IMG/VR virus record: IMGVR_UViG_3300035182_002586
Coordinates: 248,001 to 312,000 of that record
Strand: one strand, 5' to 3'
DNA: 64,000 nt
Within the stretch, counting starts at the first letter, position 1; the number at the start of each line of letters is the position of its first letter. Below are positions 61,281 to 64,000 of the stretch, piece by piece. The notes beneath the pieces were generated by a model that was given only the letters and a program-made list of their open reading frames with translations, had not been told where the DNA came from and did no database searches. The translations under genes were made by a program, and so were the position numbers.

Positions 61281-63009
61281 CGAGGGCGAGGGAGAAGCGG
61301 GGGGCCGCTGCCGTCTTCGACGTGGGCCCGAGCGTTGCGTTCAGCTCCTCGTGGAGGGCGTCGAACATGTTGTAGTGCGCCTTGGGCGAGCCCTTGCGGC
61401 TGACGAACTCCCGCACCTCGCTCGCCGAAGGCTTTCGACCGCCCTGCCACTCGGCGAGGAGACGCTCGCAGAGAGCGCGGTCACCGGGGGCATCCGCGTC
61501 GAAGCGCCGGAACGTCTCCGCAACGTTGAACCCGAGGTCGTGACTCATGCGCTCGACGACCTTCAAGCCCACCTTCTCGACCCGCACGCTGTGGAGATCG
61601 TCGACTGCATCGATCAGGATGGTGACGAGCTTCGGGTTGTGCATCTCGATGAGCCGGCCGAGGTCCTGAATCGCCTTGCCGCCCTTCTCTTCGGGCAGGA
61701 TGAGGCTGTCGTCGGCAGCCTGGTAGACGGCAGCCTGGAACCCGGCCTCGTCCTTGATCATCACCTGGAAAGCCAGGGAGGCGACCTTCAACATCGGCTT
61801 CCAGTGGCCCTGTCGAACGTCATGCACGAACTCGACGACGTTCGCGGCCGCGCGTGCGCGCGCATCGGGGTTCGACCGGAGATCCGCCTCGGGGAAGAAG
61901 GTGGTCACGTCGAACGTGTCGGCCGGGTACTTCGCTGGGTTCGCGATGATGCGCTCCACGAGGCCCCGGTCCATCACCCCGACCTCGTACTCTTTCAACC
62001 GGGTGGCGTACGCATCCCTCAGAGCCCCGATGCCGGCCTCCATCACGAAGGACAGGTACTCGTAGCTGGAGAGCGTCGTGAGCACGTCGTGGTACTTCTC
62101 GCGCAGGTTCGTCTTGAGGCGCTCCACGTGCCCGTGCGCGGCCGAGACGAGCCCCGTTCGGTAGTGCGCCAGGTCATCGTAGATGCGGATGATCACGTCG
62201 TTGGGCGCGCGGCCCTGGAAGACCTTCCCGAGCTGTGACTTGAGCGTCTGGAGCTGCTCCGCCTTGCCCTTGTTGCCGCGCTTCGTGAGGATCCCCTGCA
62301 CGATCTCCATGACCCCCGTGTTGTCGGAGGAGGGGAGCTTCAACCGGGTCGCGAGCTGACGGATCTCGATGCAGGCGTTGACGGCCTTCATCGCATCGGA
62401 GCGCGCTGCGGAGTCGATCTTCAACGCGTTCAGGACTCGAACGCCGTTGTTGACCTCGACCATGTGCTTGAAGATGTGGAAGTCCCCGCCCGTGCCGGCG
62501 GCGTGGACCATCGCACGAAGGGAGGCTTCGAGGTCCGCCAGCTCGGAGGACTCGACGATCTCGCCGCCCTTCTGGACCCCCTCCTGCCGCCGCTTGAGGA
62601 TCTTGATCTCGTTGGAGATCAGCGAGCGGAGGCGCTCCACGTCGGTCTTGTAGTGGATGTTGAGGAAGTTGACGATGCACTCGGAGCCGATGTGGAGCGT
62701 CCGCTTCCGGATCTTGTTCTGGATCGGGAAGTTCCAGGCGATGGGCTCTTTCCCGCACAGCTCACAGTGCGAGTGGGGGGCCCAGTAGGGGGCCCCCTTC
62801 CTCGCCCACTCCTTGATCGCCGTGGCGAGATCCTGGCTGGAAGACTCGGAGAGGAGCTTCGCGCGGATGCGCTGCCAGTAGGCGTCCCCTGTCCCGGCCG
62901 GGCGTAGGTGGGCGTCGTCCAGCTCTTCGAGAGCCCGCTCGTACTCAGGGAGGTCGTGGACCGTCCCGTGGAGCGGACCCTGGCCTTCGGCGGCGTAGAA
63001 GAGGAACAT
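61186..63009 (-). CDS. Hypothetical helical protein with CxxC...HxxxxC Zn site
   Basis: HCELCGK...HIGSEC; 607 aa; KTAA motif near the C-terminus. Confidence 0.65.
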   Translation of the reverse strand: MFLFYAAEGQGPLHGTVHDLPEYERALEELDDAHLRPAGTGDAYWQRIRAKLLSESSSQDLATAIKEWARKGAPYWAPHSHCELCGKEPIAWNFPIQNKIRKRTLHIGSECIVNFLNIHYKTDVERLRSLISNEIKILKRRQEGVQKGGEIVESSELADLEASLRAMVHAAGTGGDFHIFKHMVEVNNGVRVLNALKIDSAARSDAMKAVNACIEIRQLATRLKLPSSDNTGVMEIVQGILTKRGNKGKAEQLQTLKSQLGKVFQGRAPNDVIIRIYDDLAHYRTGLVSAAHGHVERLKTNLREKYHDVLTTLSSYEYLSFVMEAGIGALRDAYATRLKEYEVGVMDRGLVERIIANPAKYPADTFDVTTFFPEADLRSNPDARARAAANVVEFVHDVRQGHWKPMLKVASLAFQVMIKDEAGFQAAVYQAADDSLILPEEKGGKAIQDLGRLIEMHNPKLVTILIDAVDDLHSVRVEKVGLKVVERMSHDLGFNVAETFRRFDADAPGDRALCERLLAEWQGGRKPSASEVREFVSRKGSPKAHYNMFDALHEELNATLGPTSKTAAAPRFSLALGVLGAFSHSYLQGVQRDTSELLDGVHRRGCS

Positions 63010-63038
63010 GTGCGCAGAGGTCTCCCTTCACCTGCCCC

Positions 63039-63053
63039 GCGATAAGTGCCTTA
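63039..63053 (-). promoter_or_regulatory. Candidate TA-N7-TATC promoter (TAAGGCACTTATCGC)
   Basis: 29 nt upstream of ATG 63009. Confidence 0.45.
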
Positions 63054-63103
63054 CCAGACAGGCTTTTCCTAGGGGTCCCAGGTGAAGGGTGTGCTCTGAG
63101 GGC

Positions 63104-64000
63104 CTAGCGGTGCTCTCCGATCGCGTCCGGTCTGATCGCCCGGTTCCACGGCATGAGCGTCGGGTAGCAGACCCTTGCCAGCTCAGCCATCTCCCAGGCG
63201 ACGCGGCGATACGAGATGTGGCCCTGCGGCTGCGTGCGCAGCTCGGTGATGTAGTACAGCTCACGCATGTCCATCTGGAAGATGGACCGGTGAAGGTAGC
63301 CGAGCGGTACGGCGTACTGGACGATCGAGGAGGACACGCCAGACGAGATCATCGTCCGGCACGCAGTGCCCACTTCGTCCATCGCCGAGCGGTAGGGGGC
63401 CTCGAACTCCGTGCCTTTGAGGTCGTCCGGCACGAGGTAGCCGTAGTCCGTCCCGAGGGGTTCGACGTACTGCTCGCACCGTCTGTGGCGCTGGAGGTCG
63501 CGGAAGGCGCCATAGTCCATCATCACGTCGAACGTGATCGGGACCGTCTTGAAGATCTCCGGGACCGGGTGCTTGCCCCGCGTCTCCATGAGTGCTCCGA
63601 ACGCCCCCCGGTCGAGCCCGTGCCAGTCGGAGACCCTCTGCCAGAAGCGCGTCTCGTGGCGGAACGCGTCGTCTGCGGTCATGGGGTCCTCGATGGTGAC
63701 CCGCCACTCGCTGCTCTTCGTACGGGGGACTCGACCCCTGCCGAGGTCTCGGATCGGGGGCTCGAACGTGTTCGCCTTCGCCCCCATCGCGAAGACCGGA
63801 GCGAACTTCGAGGCTGCCGCCACCATGCGCTCGCCGATGGCCCTCAGCTCGGGGTTCGAGCTACCGAGGAGGTCAGACATGACGTAGCGGGCATCGCGCG
63901 CGTTGAACACGCCTGCGAGGTTCGTCCCCGTGCCTGCGGGCAGCAGATAGCGGAGGTTGTCGAAGGCGCGGGCCTTGACCGAGGGCTTCTTCATCAGCTC
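63104..64000 (-). CDS. thyX: FAD-dependent thymidylate synthase (ThyX/Thy1-type), 5'-truncated by window edge
   Basis: FRDLQRHR ThyX-type motif and RELYYITELRTQPQGHISYR; the reading frame stays open to the window end. Confidence 0.75.
   Translation of the reverse strand, partial: ELMKKPSVKARAFDNLRYLLPAGTGTNLAGVFNARDARYVMSDLLGSSNPELRAIGERMVAAASKFAPVFAMGAKANTFEPPIRDLGRGRVPRTKSSEWRVTIEDPMTADDAFRHETRFWQRVSDWHGLDRGAFGALMETRGKHPVPEIFKTVPITFDVMMDYGAFRDLQRHRRCEQYVEPLGTDYGYLVPDDLKGTEFEAPYRSAMDEVGTACRTMISSGVSSSIVQYAVPLGYLHRSIFQMDMRELYYITELRTQPQGHISYRRVAWEMAELARVCYPTLMPWNRAIRPDAIGEHR

Noticed and set aside
1-64000. Stop-codon reassignment as seen in some jumbo phages
   Set aside because: Long genes (up to 1991 aa) are intact under code 11, and both TAG and TGA terminate genes at sensible junctions.
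63104-64000. Intein or intron in the thymidylate synthase
   Set aside because: No intein terminal motifs (C/S start, HN end) or frame interruption in the visible part.

Overview
High-GC fragment of a large contractile-tailed (myovirus-like, probably jumbo) bacteriophage or prophage genome, read with standard genetic code 11. 1-34.4 kb is a single minus-strand tail/baseplate module: tail fibre, baseplate wedge J- and gp25-like proteins, a 1991-aa structural protein, spike, hub, SLT-bearing tube initiator, tape measure, chaperones and tube. Three free-standing homing endonuclease genes interrupt this module, and three more lie further right. 34.4-64 kb is an accessory region on both strands. 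It carries host-like genes: full-length ribosomal protein L7/L12 (rplL), aspartate carbamoyltransferase (pyrB), a dNMP kinase, a ThyX-type thymidylate synthase (partial), HU, a histone H1-like protein, a membrane-anchored GT51 peptidoglycan glycosyltransferase and a nitrilase-family hydrolase. It also carries a GH25 muramidase, a patatin, an Acb1-like 2H phosphoesterase, a stand-alone DUF262 protein and a possibly inactive BrxD-like ATPase. Patterns not explained by gene annotation: (i) a shared C-terminal [W/Y]-x-R-[LVI]-[LI]-acidic peptide on five otherwise unrelated proteins; (ii) a recurring R/K-[VIT]-A-x-(R-F/Y) motif on several proteins that may be capsid-packaged; (iii) two candidate phage promoter motifs, (C/T)GGTGTA positioned as if producing leaderless mRNAs, and TA-N7-TATC; (iv) a 68-aa protein ending in an SSB-like acidic tail; (v) a 3x21-bp iteron-like array in a large divergent intergenic region. 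A Myxococcota/deltaproteobacterial-type host is a tentative inference. All product calls come from motif recognition by eye; no database search was run.
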